NCBI RefSeq assembly: GCF_026571515.1
Contig: NW_026852972.1
Span: forward strand, 1 to 64,000
Origin: Ruditapes philippinarum
Taxonomy: Eukaryota
DNA: 64,000 nucleotides
Reading direction: 5' to 3'
Part shown: positions 49,975 to 64,000 of the stretch, piece by piece
Layout of the letters: each line of letters starts with the position of its first letter
How positions within the stretch are numbered: position 1 is the first letter of the stretch
Made by a program: the position numbers and the translations under genes
The notes under the pieces: generated by a model
What the model was told of the DNA's origin: nothing
What the model saw: the letters and a program-made list of their open reading frames with translations, nothing else
The model's database searches: none

Positions 49975-52900
49975 ATCTTAGAACTTAATTATTAGAACTT
50001 TAAAATTAGAACTTTGAGATTAGAACTTAGTAATTAGATCTTAGACTTTATAAATTAGTTATCAGAACATAATTATTAGAAATTAAAAAAAATAGTTCTT
50101 GGAAGAGGGTAAAGAGGGAACATAGCTACCTTCTCATACATAATACTCTATTTAAGTTACAATAAACTGCAAAACATAATACAAAACACATCTAATTTTT
50201 TACAAAAGAAAATATTATCACAATCTCGACAAAAACTTGTGGATGGCATACCCCCGTGCACACTTAAAAATAGTTACTACTTCAGCTTTGTTACAATAAT
50301 ATTGTCGGTAAAGATCAATGATATCTTTATGTCAACATAATGTATTCATAGAAAAAAAGAAGTGCGTATGATCTAAGGGATAGCATGAGCCAAAAAGATC
50401 AAGAAATGCTTGCTTAAGTTATGGTAAAAAATCAATAAAATATCTCATGAGTATGTGTGAATATAAGCCAAAACAGTTCTAGAAATACTAAATTTTAGTA
50501 AATGTAATAAATATTTTTCATTTAAGATCATGGTCATCTTTAGGTCAAAGCCATATATTAACAGTTAAAGTAAATAGTTAAAATAGTCAAGAATTGGAAT
50601 CAAACTAAAAGCCTATAATTCTCAAGAAATGTTGATTTTAATAAAATTTATGGTACAAACCTAAAAAGTAAAAGGTCAAAAGGAAGTTCTTATCACTAAT
50701 GTATGAATATCAGTCAAATGGTTATGTAACATAAGCTTATGTTTAAATAATTATAGTAAAATGGTGCATACTGTTGTATGGAAAATGCAGCTCACAATAC
50801 CTCATGCTCAGGTACTCTATTCACGGGTGATCTGCGAATAATTAGTCTGAAGAAAAACAAAATGGAAATACAGAGCCACCCAGAACCTTTGTAATTGTTG
50901 GCTTCGTACGAAACTTCACTAGTCGTCATGTCGAAAGCACTGTTCAAACCCTCTAAAATGCACACCAGACGAACGATATCAACAAGGCAAATCTTATTTA
51001 CATCAGTCATGTTTATAAAAACCTCAAAACACATCATACACGGTTTGTAATCCTGTAAATTAAAGTACAATGTAATTCTTAACATGGAAATGTTAACAAA
51101 ATGAACATTTTAAACATATAGTGCATTTCTAACAATTTTCCTTTTTATATAAGAAACTCCAAACCAAGGCTACTAAGTGTACGATGTGTGTTCTTGTAAG
51201 TATGGTTCAGATGCAATAAAACATTGAAAATAAAGACTTAACACAATACTTATTATTAAACGTTTTGTTAAAAGCTTAATAAGATATCACAGCGTTTCTT
51301 TATTCGTCATTTATATTCAAAACATACATGCACATGAACTTGAAAATTAAACCAGGACGATGTACTAAGAACTTTGATATATTTTTGTGTAAAATGCCTG
51401 AGTTGACTATTTGTTTGTTCATGGACCCGATTTTTATCCATTAATCCCTTCGATTAACAGCAAAAAATAAATTCAGAATCAAAAACTCCTTCCTATTTCT
51501 ATTATGTAAAGTCATATTTTTGTTTAACCTCCGGTGAATCGCAGCATGTTATATCAATAAATGAGAACGGGAACAAATTTCTCGCCTCAACCGCAGGGAA
51601 AGCAGTATAAAAGACAACACCAAAAAAACCTTAAATTCGATAATTTATTTCTCTCATTTGTATCTTCTACAGAAAAGTACTTATTATTTGGAAGTACCGG
51701 TAGGTTATGTATATATTTAAGTGCTACACATGAATTCGAAAGCTATAAATAAATATATGACCTTAACATTCGGAAACTCCGAAATTTATTTAAAGAAGTA
51801 GTTTGAGTCTTAGTTTTAGTTAAACGCAACGGTCATTCGTGTCGGGCTATGAAGCAAATGCAAACATATTCAACAATAAATTGCACTCTTTATATTAATC
51901 AGGTCATTTTTCACGAATAGTTGTATTATAGTATTATCATTCTGAAATTGTCTTTTCCGTAGGTTCTTTCTTGTATAAAGCTCTTATCTTTTTACGACCT
52001 TGCTTGCTCTCCTGACATTTTTACCGTGAATATTTAAATCCACCCTGATTTCTCAATTTTTTTCTGTAAGAAGTTGATTGTAGTTTGTTTGAAGGCAATC
52101 GGTTTTATGATGGTTGGAGTGGAATGTCGATCGATTTGCCGAATACTGTGACATTTTAACAACAAACATTTTTGTGGTTTACAGGAATGTAAACACAGAT
52201 TGTTTTGAAAGCAATTTAACAAAATAGTAGATTGATCTCCCAATTAAATCAATAAAAAATAAATTCCAATCAATAGCAAACCTACCAAAGTTCAGTGTCC
52301 TTCCATTTATCTATGATATTCAATTCTGGTAAAATCCAATTAACAATAGAAACAACTTAATAGCATGCAGTAGTGACACAAACAGAACAATGCTGCACTA
52401 GTGTCATGTCACATTAACAGTCTTGTAAGTCTTGTTTGTATTCAACAGAATTACTTTGCTCACCAGGTAGGCATCAGTGAAAGCATTTTGTTTTTCAAAT
52501 TTAATATCTGGCCCCTCTCTCATGGACAGTGGATAAGATTAGTATTATTGTACAAAAAATGAATAACAAAACATCCGGAAAAATGTACATTAGTAATTAA
52601 TCTGAATAGAACATGACCTTGTCGTAGGAATGATTTGGTTAGGTATCTGAAATGAGCGCATTTTTGGCGCGGAGCTTTTTCAATTGCTACATTGCAGCAA
52701 CATTTGTACTTGTTCGTTTAATGTGTTAAGTTAGTATGACGCTATCAATGCAGGCGAGATGTGGCTGTTTGATACTTCGAGACTGAACCCTTGGATCGCT
52801 CCGTTGATGCAGAATCCTCATGGCTTTAACTTGTCGTAACCATTTACATGCCACACAAAGTAAGGACTTTTCAAGACAAAACTTCGCCGAGATGATCGGT

Positions 52901-53786
52901 GTGCATTGCGTTCATTAGTTCCTTTGGGATTGTTTTTTGGCATTACACTCATTACAGAATCGCTAGACATTGCAACCGGTAGTCACTTTCCAATTTGTGC
53001 TACATCGATCGAAACATACCCACTTGGTAATTCTCTGGATTTGCTACAATAATGGGGTCTCTAACTTCGTCCGTAAGTGTATGTGTTTGAGTTGGACAAG
53101 GTTATTAGCTTTTAGTATTAGTTTAATATTCTTGTAAAATCAACTATGTATAAGTTATTTTAATCAGTTCTAGTCCTGTTAAATGCGCCCCTCTGAGATA
53201 AACAGCTGAATCCTTAATCATAACACTAGATACTTGTGTTATAACAGCCAATTTCAAACATCCATGCCCATGTTGAAACCATTTTTGTCGTCCGGAAAAG
53301 GGAATACAAATGATTTTGCAATAGGAAAATAATTTACAAATGGGGAACTACACAAAGACAGGAAACATATATCACTTTTGACGCTTGCGTCTCTCATCGT
53401 AGGTCCTTTTTGTTGCAAGGTTTGACTAAAATAGCTACAATGGGCTAAATAGCCATCTTTGCCTTCTATTGAAATTGGTTGTTTTTCACATCGCCTTTCA
53501 AGTTATACAGATATAATCACCTTATCTTTTAACAAACTGGCTATATCTCTGCCATTCTTAAAAACAAACTATAAAATTGAAGAAATATGATAAGATGTTT
53601 ACCTCACATACATCTTCATGTCTATCTTGCAGTCAATGTGGCGTTTTCACGCCTTTACGGAAATTTTAGTTCTATGAATTAAGACCTAAGTTCTATGATC
53701 TAAGTTCTAAGATCTAACATCTAAGTTTTAATTCAATTTGCTGGATTCTAACTTTTTACACAACAGGGCCTCAATGGGGTTCCGTA
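49975..53786 (-). mobile_element. IS3EU-like DNA transposon remnant
   Basis: TACGG terminus on the minus strand at 53786. Inverted arrays of short repeats (TTAGAACTT ~49977-50082; AAGTTCTA ~53665-53755). Internal transposase relic. The left terminus and TSD were not resolved. Confidence 0.6.
52600..52960 (-). pseudogene. IS3EU-type integrase/transposase fragment
   Basis: NPKGTNERNAHRSSRRSFVLKSPYFVWHVNGYDKLKP*GFCINGAIQGFS matches the family pattern GPNxxWHxDGxDKLKPxGFxIHGxIDGxS. Confidence 0.85.
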
Positions 53787-55150
53787 CAACGCACATATAG
53801 GCTTTAGCTTTTACCAATATTTTACATTATAAAAAAAACATTTAGAAGGCAGATAGAACAAGTTTGTTAAAGCATATTAGTATAGACATCCAAATATACT
53901 GAAATACAATCAATAATTTAGTAGTGAGAACAAAATTGAATTTATCAACTTGTGTCAGTTTCTAGAGATAAAAATGAAAACTCTTAAAGTTAGTTATAAT
54001 TATTAACTTTCATTTAACAATAAAACATGTTTAAAACAATTCTAAATACATGAACATGCTTATACGTATATAAACATGGTGAATGTTTGTATATACATAT
54101 ACGTGTGTGTGCATGTATGTGTTTATCTATATATTAAAACAAAGGTATATGTGTGCTAGCTTGAAAAATGTATGTGATATATTGTGTCAGGGATTTTTTG
54201 TGAAAAAGAGTAGCAGTTTATGTTTATCTACGTTAAGTGTTTTACATGCTTAATCAACTGGAATGCATCTTAAATTTATTTTCAGTAAGATTTCTTGCCA
54301 AAGGCATAAGCATGTCAATTATTAACAAACAAAAAACTTCAACATTTTTGTTTTCTCTTTACAATAAATAAACATCAGAAATATAAAGCCAGGAGTAACA
54401 ATAATGAAGAAAAAAAACAACAACAATAATAATAATAAAAGTAATAATAATAAAATAAATTTAATGAGAATTTTTATATTGACATCTTTATATTTTGTTC
54501 GGTAAATACTTAGTCGCAAAAGAAAAAGCATGTCTGCAAATAAATTTGTGAACTCATTAACCATCTATTGTAAAAGACGACCAGTGTCCCCTTCATTGTA
54601 TTAAGAATACGGTATATCTACAGATGTATATAGTTTTACTCCCTTATTCTTTTTCCTTATAGTTGTAAATTAACTTGAGCAATTTTAATGAGAATGAGAA
54701 GTCAAATCGATACCACAGAGATAAGAGAAAGGTCAAAAACTTTCAATTTATTTAAAACAAAACCAAAACTCACAAAAAAGAAATATAAAACAAGCAAATA
54801 AGATACTACTTGCCATCTATGATATTAACAATAAAAAATGTTAACACTTACATTTTCCATAATAACGACAGCATTCGGTATATCAAGCCATTGCATCAAA
54901 ATTCACAGTGAAACATTAAAAAGATTAATCCAAACTTTAGAACACTGTTTAATTCCATTAGAAATTAATCCATAAATCACTTTCTGTGAGTATCTCAAAC
55001 CCCACGTGAGACCACGTAACTCAAGGCCCGTGAAATACGGAAATAAATAAACCCCGCAAAAAATGTGTTACTATTTCAGTCGACACAAATTTCAATTCAT
55101 TAAAATTCACATTCAATCTTAATTTGCACTTCTTATAAAAATAAAGACTA

Positions 55151-56133
55151 CTGGGATCCTACATATTTACCGGAGAATCACTTTATTTTTTGCTTCGATT
55201 AAAAAATCATACAGTCTAAATCGTACACACACTGTCTATTTTAAAGTAAATAACAACAGAACCACTCTCAGGTAAATATTGTTGATTCAGTTCTTTATTT
55301 ACTAACATGCCCTTTTGTTTACTAGTTATATCATGGCCTTGTCATGCGGGGGAATAATCTGATCTGCACAGGCCCGAATATAAAGACCCCTAAAGGGTTA
55401 TATTTTAGATAGGTTTTACTTTTAATTTCTCTCAACGTTACCTTAAGAGGCAATCGTAACAGATTTTAATGATAAAAAGTAATTTTCAATTTAGTTCAAA
55501 AAGTATCTCGTTGTTGTCTTTTACAAAGAAATGCAAATTAAAATACATATAAGGTAACGGGTTACGCCCATAGGAGGAAACTCGACATGAAATGTAAATA
55601 AAATAGATATTATGACTTTTGTAACATGCTACATGATGACCAAAAGGAAACTGTATGACAAAGAACAGAATTCCATTTGAATATCAAAATGTTTCAAACG
55701 TTTGAGATTCATGAAAAATCAATACGTTAATTGAGTTAATAGTGTTAATTTCAATTACAATATTGGTCTCTTCATAACAGGCATGGCTGCCGTATCTTTT
55801 TCTAGGGTTTTTCAAATATCTTAACTTTACCATTCAATAGTCGTAGTTTCTTGCTGATTATTTAAATATTAATTTCAATTCACGACTTCAAAAAATTTGA
55901 AACACAATGTCCGGTAAATTGAGTTGTGTACACGTTTTTTTCCTCTTTTAATGCCCTACTTTAAAGACTCAATTCAACGGTCAAATAATTAAATTCATGT
56001 TTGATAAAGGAATTTTTAAGTGCATTAAGAACCCAAAATTATTTGGGTAAAATTCCATTCTTTTTTTATTATTTTAGAAAAAAGTTACAGATAAAAAACA
56101 ACATATTTTGTCCGGTAATATGTAGGATCCCAG
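55151..56133. mobile_element. 983 bp non-autonomous element with TA TSD (Tc1/mariner/pogo-type)
   Basis: TA|CTGGGATCCTACATATTTACCGGA ... TCCGGTAATATGTAGGATCCCAG|TA. Confidence 0.88.
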
Positions 56134-59100
56134 TATCGTTTGCGCGATATTATGTATGACAGGTGCCAAAAGCTGGCTATATGAAATAGAAATCATTTCA
56201 TGTTAATTGCTGACTTTAAATAACACAAGGTCAAATATAATTTAGATATCTGCTGTTAATTGATAAAAGTGTTTGTTATACTATTATGTTAATTATGCTG
56301 CAGATTCATTACACTAAATTAAATTACTTTCATACTGAACGAAAGAAGAAATTAAAAACAAGCAATAGATGGTTAATATTTTTATGTATTGTGAACGACT
56401 TTCCGTGTATGTACTGCTGTTTTTTTACAAATTTTCATTGTTTCTGTACCTTATGTTTGTATCATGTATGATCCACTGAGAGAAATAAAGAATTTGAATA
56501 TGACATGATAAAGCTGTACCTGGTGAAATATTTAAAAAAATATATATTAACATAAGAATTATGTTGTTTTGATAATCGTATGGTCGCTTTTCCAAAATAT
56601 GTTACAGAGAATGTCTCTGTTATTAAAACACACATGGATAGTGCACGTAAACAGAATGAAAATATTAAGATACTATTATAGTATATGATGCTAGAAGTTG
56701 ACCATTTAACAATTAGTTCGTGCATGTTCCATTCGCACTTTGGAAAACATACCAACATATTTCTTTCATACAAAAACTTGGAAAGCAGTCTTTTTTCAAA
56801 TTCAATTTGTTTTTTGCAGCAGATGTACAACGTTATACTTTTAAACTCTACCTTCCCTATAAAGTAATAAGTTGAAAATTGCCAGTATCAAGCATTTGAT
56901 ATACATTTTCACTATAGGCAGATTAATATCATATAACAAGAACTGTCACAGGAGACAGCGAATCTCGACTTAATATATACTGGACGCAGTAAGGAAGACA
57001 AAACTATGACAGAAAAAAATAAATTATGATACAAATATATTTTGTATAAATATCAACAAAGCGCTCAAATGTTCTATATTTTTGAACAACATATTTATGC
57101 ATATGATCTTGTCAATAAATGTTAAACAGACATTTTAATGTTTTTAAGTAAAAGACATTAATTTTGAAATCTGAAGTCAATCCCTTCAAAAACAAAATTG
57201 GCCACATGTATTTTATTGCAGTAAAGGGGTGTCTCTCAACTACCCAAAGATCCTTCATTTAACGAATGGTATGTCACTTTGAGCAGCGGAAATAAATAGA
57301 GAAGAACTCCTTGCGGGCTTATACAAAAGACACATTGACCGCTCCTAATAATGTTCACGTATTGCCGTAAAAAGCATAGTTCTTGTTTAACTAAATTGCT
57401 GCAGCAAGTCGCCGACAGTACATGGTTGGCTGGGTACAGAAGTACGAAAGTATATGCGAACAAGTTATTAAGGGAAAAAAGCCACATTGATTAAGTCATA
57501 TAGCGCACGCACCTGCTGTAGCAACAACCACTTGCCTGGGGAAATTCTCATCTAACCAACAAACCTTTATTTAAAGAAACCGATCATTTTGATAGGCCGC
57601 ACTCAGCAAAGGTATAAGCAAGTGACTTTTATTGCCGTAGATAAGAGAACTTTCTTAATATGTGGAATTTTATCCCTTCTGACAAAGATAAATAATGACC
57701 AACTAAAAATATCAATGTCATTATTAACTGGATAGTTTAAATATTATACAACTTTGAAAGAATATTAATACTGTACTGCCTTATGGGCACATGGATTTGA
57801 TCATTTTATTAAACGAAAAATAAAACAAAACATAATACCAAAAAACAAATAAATAAATTAATTAATGAATAGATAAATAATAAAATAAAAAATAGTATTG
57901 TGTCTACAACTGCCAGAGAATCAATTAAATGAATTACTATAGAGGTTGCTGAGACATTAATAATGTAATGAAGGGCGTCAAGACGACACGATTTAAAGGC
58001 AAGACAATTGAGTTGGTTTGTTTCAATATTGATATTTATTTTAAAAAGTATACACGGTTGTGTTAATATTTCAAGACCGTAAGGTCTAAGATTAGAACAA
58101 AAATAAAAAAAATTCGGAAACATAAATTTTATGAAAATAATTCTTATTATCGCATCGTTTTATTTTCAAAACAGTGGCGGCTTTCGAAAGACTACTCATT
58201 CAAATAATACATTATTCGATTCTACACTCAACCCTACGGCAAAATAGGTCAAGTTTTGAACCATGCATTGTTTGGGAAAGACGTAGTCAATAGACAATTA
58301 TAATAATAAACAATTGTTCAACAATTTCTTTTGCGTATCTGCCATTTTAACACAATCATGTGATAAGACCACCATAACGTGATTTGTGTGAAGCCGTAGC
58401 GTAACCGGTGTGCGGAGTTTGACTCGATATGTGAAGGAGAAAATAGGTCAATCACAGGATAAGTTTTGAACTGTTTAAACATTTATATAAAAAACAAAGT
58501 TTTTTTTTTTTTAAAGAAAATCGAAATGTGATTCTACCCTACTGATTTTCCTCTATATCTATTGATATTTGTTCGGGATTCATATGAAGATTTTGTGGAG
58601 ATATTATTTTCGTTGTGGGTCCTGGTGTGTTCATAACATGCACTGCGTATGAAGGAAATGTCGCTGAACGGACTCAGAATACAGAGTTTTCACTAAATCT
58701 TACCAGCAAACGATGCGTAACATATAAACAACCCCTTATTGAAACATTTATTGAGATTTGGTTAAAAATTAAGGAATTGCCGGTCAAAATTTCATCTGAG
58801 CCCCATATGTGCTGAAGAGATCCATAGGTGCATGATATAAAATTCATCAACATAGTAACGGATCATTAACATAAAGCAATCAATGTTTTATCATTTTGTG
58901 TATCATAATGTAATAAAAACTTATATTCGAAATACATGTAGACAATAGTTGTCCAATGCTGAGCCTGAATAATATCATCAATAAAAATAAAATAAAAACA
59001 ATTTAGCATACTAAAGACATTGATTATAGCTATGTTTGGAAGTCCGTATATATTTAAAACGTACACGTATGGTAGCTTCTATATTGTCACTAACGGTTAG

Positions 59101-59294
59101 CAGAGTACTTTATTTGTAAAAAATTATGTGAATACCATTTACAAAAAAAAGGTAAAACGGAAACAGAATATCAACAAGTATAACATGTAACTTCTATTCA
59201 GCTTCCCAATGTCACTATAAATAAATGTATGTCTTATCGGTACGTTGATGCGTCTATTATATACATTGTAAACACTGCCTTTGTTTCTATCGCT

Positions 59295-60250
59295 TTTCGT
59301 ATTAAAAATGTATTTGTAAATATTATAAATAAAGACCAAACGGGATTCTTACCAGGGAGACTAATGGTATCAAATGTAAGAATGTTATATGATCTGCTTT
59401 TATATACAGACAAAAATATTAGCCTGGTTTATTAGTTTTAATTGACTTATATACTGTGTCCTGGAACATTATGTACCAAGTTTTAGACTTTTTAAATTTT
59501 GGCAATTTTATTAAAACTTGGATAAATGGTTTTATAACAATATTGAATCCTGTGTGATTGTAAATGGACATATGTCTGAATGGTTCTTATTACAGAAAGC
59601 CTGTTGTCAAGGAGATGCTCTGTCGTCGCCTTACCTTTTCATTCTAGGTGCTGAAATTCTTTCAACATGATAAGAAACAATAAAAAATATAAACGGTATA
59701 ACAATCTGTGGAAAAGAATATAAGATTCCCCAATATGCAGATGACACTAGTTTGTTTTGGGTGGTAAAGAAAATCTCTTTAGAACACAATGTTAACATTA
59801 CAATTTTATGCTAGAATCTCAGGCCATCATATGAATGTAGACAAAACAAAAGTGATTCGGTTTTGCTCTGGAAAAAAACAGTAGTATTATTCTTTGTTCA
59901 GAATATTATCTGTCGTGGAACGAAAACGATTATGAAATAGTTAAACTATTTTGGATGCAACTTCAGTTTTATATAACAAATATATGCAATCTACATTTTA
60001 ATTATTGGATCACTTTATATTATTTGGTAAAACAGAATTGAATATTGTCATAAATAAGATAATATTATGGGCGAGGTATATTATATATTACAGTAAAATG
60101 AAAAAAAAATAAGGCCTGGACTGGAAACTTTTAAGTCACAAATAATAGCCAATTATAACATTGAAAAATGTGTTGCAAAACGAACTTCCAAATATGAAAA
60201 ATTTGAAAAGTCATGGCAAAAGTTTAAAATTCTAGTTCTTCCGGTTGAAT
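59295..60250 (+). pseudogene. L1/Tx1-clade LINE ORF2 fragments (RT core joined to C-terminus)
   Basis: IINKDQTGFLPGR..SNVRMLYDLL, NGHMSEWF..CCQGDALS, PYLFILGAEILS, QYADDTSLF, then the C-terminal IILWARYIIY..KFEKSW. Confidence 0.88.
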
Positions 60251-60659
60251 CCGAATAGAGAATATTATATCCATGTACTATACTTTAAAGGTTATATGTA
60301 ATTTTTATTTATCATAACTATATACAAAATATGACTACTATACAGGTTATTGAGTCAAAAGAAGAAAAGTTTTTTTTTAACTCTCACCAAACATCATTAT
60401 AATGTGGTCTTCCGCCGCCTTATTCACATCATTTCTGATTCTCATTTTTAATTGCTTTCATTAATCACCTTTCATAAAGAAGTAACTCTAGTAGTTTGCC
60501 CCAGAAACCTTTGTAAATCTTTTTTGGTGAATCATACATAAAGCTTTCCACAATGACGGTGAAAATAAACGAGCAACTACGAATAGATTTGAGGTCATGA
60601 TTCTTCATTTCCCATTGTCATACACATATTATTTGATATTATTATATTTATTATTGAAT

Positions 60660-61350
60660 TAATTGTTCACAATTAAGCCCTATTTATGGAAGAATTTCTT
60701 TAAAAAAATATGTGGTAACAAGGGAAATAACAAAATGTCTTGGAAAAATTGAATAGAATAGTCGATGTTATTTCCCTTGTCTTTATGTGGCATTATTCAC
60801 CATATAGCACTTTTTATCAACAATTTTGGGTGACAAGGGCAAAAACTAATTGTATTGATTAAATTAGAATTGTCGATGTTGTTTCCCTTGTCTTTATGTA
60901 AGGCTTACATTTTGGAAATCTGGTTACGATGTAGGCCCTTTTACTTTAATTGTAGGAAAAGTCAGTATGTGGCATTGTTAGGTTATAAACACTTTTGCAT
61001 TAATTTTAGGACAAGTCAGTAAGTGGAAATTGTTCACCATAAAGCACTTGTTATAGAGGAAATTCTTTAAACAAATCTATGCTGTAACAAGGGAAATAAC
61101 ACAATGCTTTTAGAAAATTAGAATTGTCTTTATGAATTTCTTTGTCATTTTATATGTTTAACATTTGGGGGAAAATCAAGTTACGTTAAAAACATTTTTG
61201 CTTTAATTGTAGGACAAGTAAGCACGTGGCCTTATTCACCATAGTGTGCTTTTTATAAAGTATATTTCATGAACAACTTTGGGTGACAAGGGCAATAATA
61301 AAATGTATTGACTTAATTAAAACTGTCGACGTTGTTTCCCTTGTCGTTAT
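60660..61350. repeat. Degenerate tandem core repeats (acaagggaaataac...gttatttcccttgt), satellite/HINE-core type
   Basis: The motif recurs at ~60718, 60833, 61087 and 61286, each with an internal inverted repeat. Confidence 0.7.
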
Positions 61351-61442
61351 ATATATGGTTTAGGTTAAGGGGAGACTATCCGGGTTACTCTATCTCTCAC
61401 TGTCAGATATTTTGTTTTGCATGTCTTGATAGTAACAAAAAT

Positions 61443-61496
61443 TTGTATTGTATTGTATTATATTGTATTGTATTGTTTTGTATTGTATTGTATTGT
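61443..61496. repeat. (TATTG)n microsatellite
   Basis: Directly visible in the sequence. Confidence 0.9.
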
Positions 61497-62063
61497 AACA
61501 AACCCTTTTTTAACGCTTTTACGCGCATATATATTTGTGTTATGTGTTGGAGAGTTGAAAACCCGTCTGCGTGCATTTCGATACAATGGGCATCATATTG
61601 TCAATGTAGTTTCACTTTAGGATTTATTTGTGATCTTCTGTTATCTGACTAATCGAAAGTGTCAGTTTCCAGCAGTATGTGTTAAAAAGTTCCTTGTTTT
61701 CTGTACGACCATGTACGAGCCATGGACGAGACATGAACGAAAAAATTCCTATGTAAATTAAATAGAAACGAAAGTGCTATGTTTTAACTACGTGTTATGC
61801 CTTGACTACGTGCATTACTCTTGTTATTTATCATGGAAGAATTTAGTTTATTGATTAAACCGAGTAGGTCGTTATGTACAACCAGTAGATTATGCAAAGA
61901 AGAAACACGCTTTTTTGACGCTTTTGTCAACATTCATTCTTGAAGTAAGATGTTAGTAATAATGGATTTTACACATTAAACCTAACTAGACAAGTATTTG
62001 ACGTTTATTGGAAATTTTATTTCTTTTTTTTTTCATTTACCGTATGGAGCCGAGTTGCATTAA

Positions 62064-62409
62064 AGCAGCATGCCTCCAGATTTATGCTTATTTTCATGAA
62101 TTTTTGAAAATGCATTTATAAGTAAAATACTGTGAAGTGAACAAAGAAAGTAATTTACACATTACAAACGGCATTTTCAATCCACGTTAACTACCAAAAA
62201 GAGGTCAAAATATACATAAATGCCTCTTATTGCGTTAGTAACGCAGTAGAATTATAGTGATTGATACTGCAAAATCAGTCATTTATCGCACATAACATGT
62301 AAATAATTAATTAAATATTGAATCTTTTTACCTTTCTTTAGATCTTAATACATTTTGTATAAAGATTGAATTTCTTGAAATATTTTGGTTCATCTGGAGG
62401 CGTGCGGCT
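62064..62409. mobile_element. 346 bp MITE with TTAA TSD (Kolobok-like); an additional solo inverted end at ~63631-63652
   Basis: TTAA|AGCAGCATGCCTCCAGAT ... ATCTGGAGGCGTGCGGCT|TTAA. A third terminus atcttgaggcatgctgcttaa lies near 63650. Confidence 0.82.
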
Positions 62410-64000
62410 TTAATACAAATGGGTAGATATAATAATAGTACCATTTTAATTACTTTGATATTTTGTTATTGGAATTCTTGTTTTTGTACGTACAGTAATT
62501 TATACAGAGTTGTTTTCCTTATATACAAAGTCCACTCGAATCAAGAAACAAGTTTCATTTTCTCAGAATAAATTTCCCTACTTTTTATTTATATTTCAAT
62601 AACTTTTTATTCAAATTACGTTTAGTTTCTCATAAAAGCAAGCAATCTGTGCTTAAAGCAAACTCATATTAGGTCACGTGTCACTTATAATCAGTTGAAA
62701 TCATAGTCAATTTTGTTACTTAATAAAGTAACAAATGTACCAAAATAAATGCTGTATGCTTTAAACTAGACCGTGTTTCGTTTAATTAATATAATTTCAA
62801 AAAGGTATTCAACATGTTTTATTGTTGAAAGTTATGGGAGAATCAGAAAGCCTTACCAAAGGAGTTTGACTGTAAACCTTTTGTAAACATAATTTTTTAA
62901 GTAAAGTAGCCATTTTTTGTGGGTTATACGATTTCTTTTACATGTAAATAAAAGATATTTAATTGTTTTGAGTAAATATGCTAAGATATATCACACAAAG
63001 AATTGACAGAATTGCAATATTTTTCAGGAGCGCATAGTGCACCAGAACATACAGGGTTGTATCATCATAGAAAGCATATTCACAACAAAAAATATGTGTT
63101 AAGCATAATTAATATTGTCAAAATGGGAAACAGACTTACGTTTAGAAATTGACATAGGAAGTTCAACGGCTAGTTATCGCTGCACAAAACTAAGTTGAGT
63201 AATCGTTTAGGATGGACATTTTTAGTTTTTAGTTCAGTGCAGTAATTGAATTTGAATTTAAAGATCAAATTACACAAATTATTTACACATTTTTAAGGAA
63301 ATTTACGTAATCATTTATTAATTCGTAGGCCACAAAATGTTCGGCAAAGCTATGTTTAAAATACTATGATTGTTATTCTCCGAGTGATATGAATTTTATC
63401 CAGACTTAGCATGACCTATTACAACGATTTCACAGAGTATATCTCAAATAACAACGCAAAATAGTAACAAAAAAGATGTTGCCATATTTCTACAGTGTGA
63501 TTAATGCATTAAAGTCTATATTTGCATATTTTAACCTATTTTATTTTGTGAGTCAAAATTACTTCCTTTGTCCATTTTACTATATTTTACTTTTAAATAC
63601 ATTTTCCAAATTGATTTGAAAATAGGCATGGATCTTGAGGCATGCTGCTTAACGATGTCTAAAATATTTTTTAAAACCTTTTAAAAAAAATTGGAAATTA
63701 CATTTATTTTTTTTCCAAAAACTCTTAAATAAATGCTGAACTTTAAAGGGAACGTCGGTGGGGTTCACTTTTAAAATGGTTGGTCCTGAAAAAACGGAAA
63801 GGGAAAAAAATGGGTTTCCTCAAGTTAAGTGAACGTCGGAATGATTACGGCATGTGCGAAAACCCCAAAAAACAAACAAACAATTATTATTCAATGAACT
63901 AACCGGAAGGCAAGTCCTGCTCAACTTTAACTTGCATCTCTAATTATATACTTTCACAACACTGATAACTTTTCTTTTTCTTCGTATTAATCAAAAAGGC

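Noticed and set aside
57225-57670. GC-richer, coding-looking stretch
   Set aside because: Stops in all frames, no recognisable motif and no convincing splice pair.

Overview
AT-rich eukaryotic (animal) genomic DNA with six N-gaps. The repeat families present suggest a mollusc, probably a bivalve (inference). I found no intact host gene; almost all ORFs in the supplied track are spurious or are pieces of decayed transposons. Main contents: (1) a near-identical ~3.77 kb tandem triplication (551-11857); (2) Helentron-type non-autonomous (HINE-like) elements; (3) several MITEs with verifiable TIRs and TSDs; (4) a decayed Tc1 element; (5) a ~20.7 kb unit bounded by ~300 bp TIRs plus subterminal palindrome arrays (20739-41410), carrying satellites and two nested RTE-X/CR1-like LINEs; (6) an intron-containing Sola-type transposase pseudogene interrupted by a Harbinger-type MITE; (7) IS3EU-like and L1/Tx1 remnants. 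The best candidates for something undescribed are an unidentified dispersed family whose hairpins show compensatory base changes between copies, the giant non-autonomous TIR element, and an in-frame UAG+G-run junction between ORF1 and ORF2 of a LINE. All alignments were done by eye, and superfamily names come from remembered motifs, not database searches.
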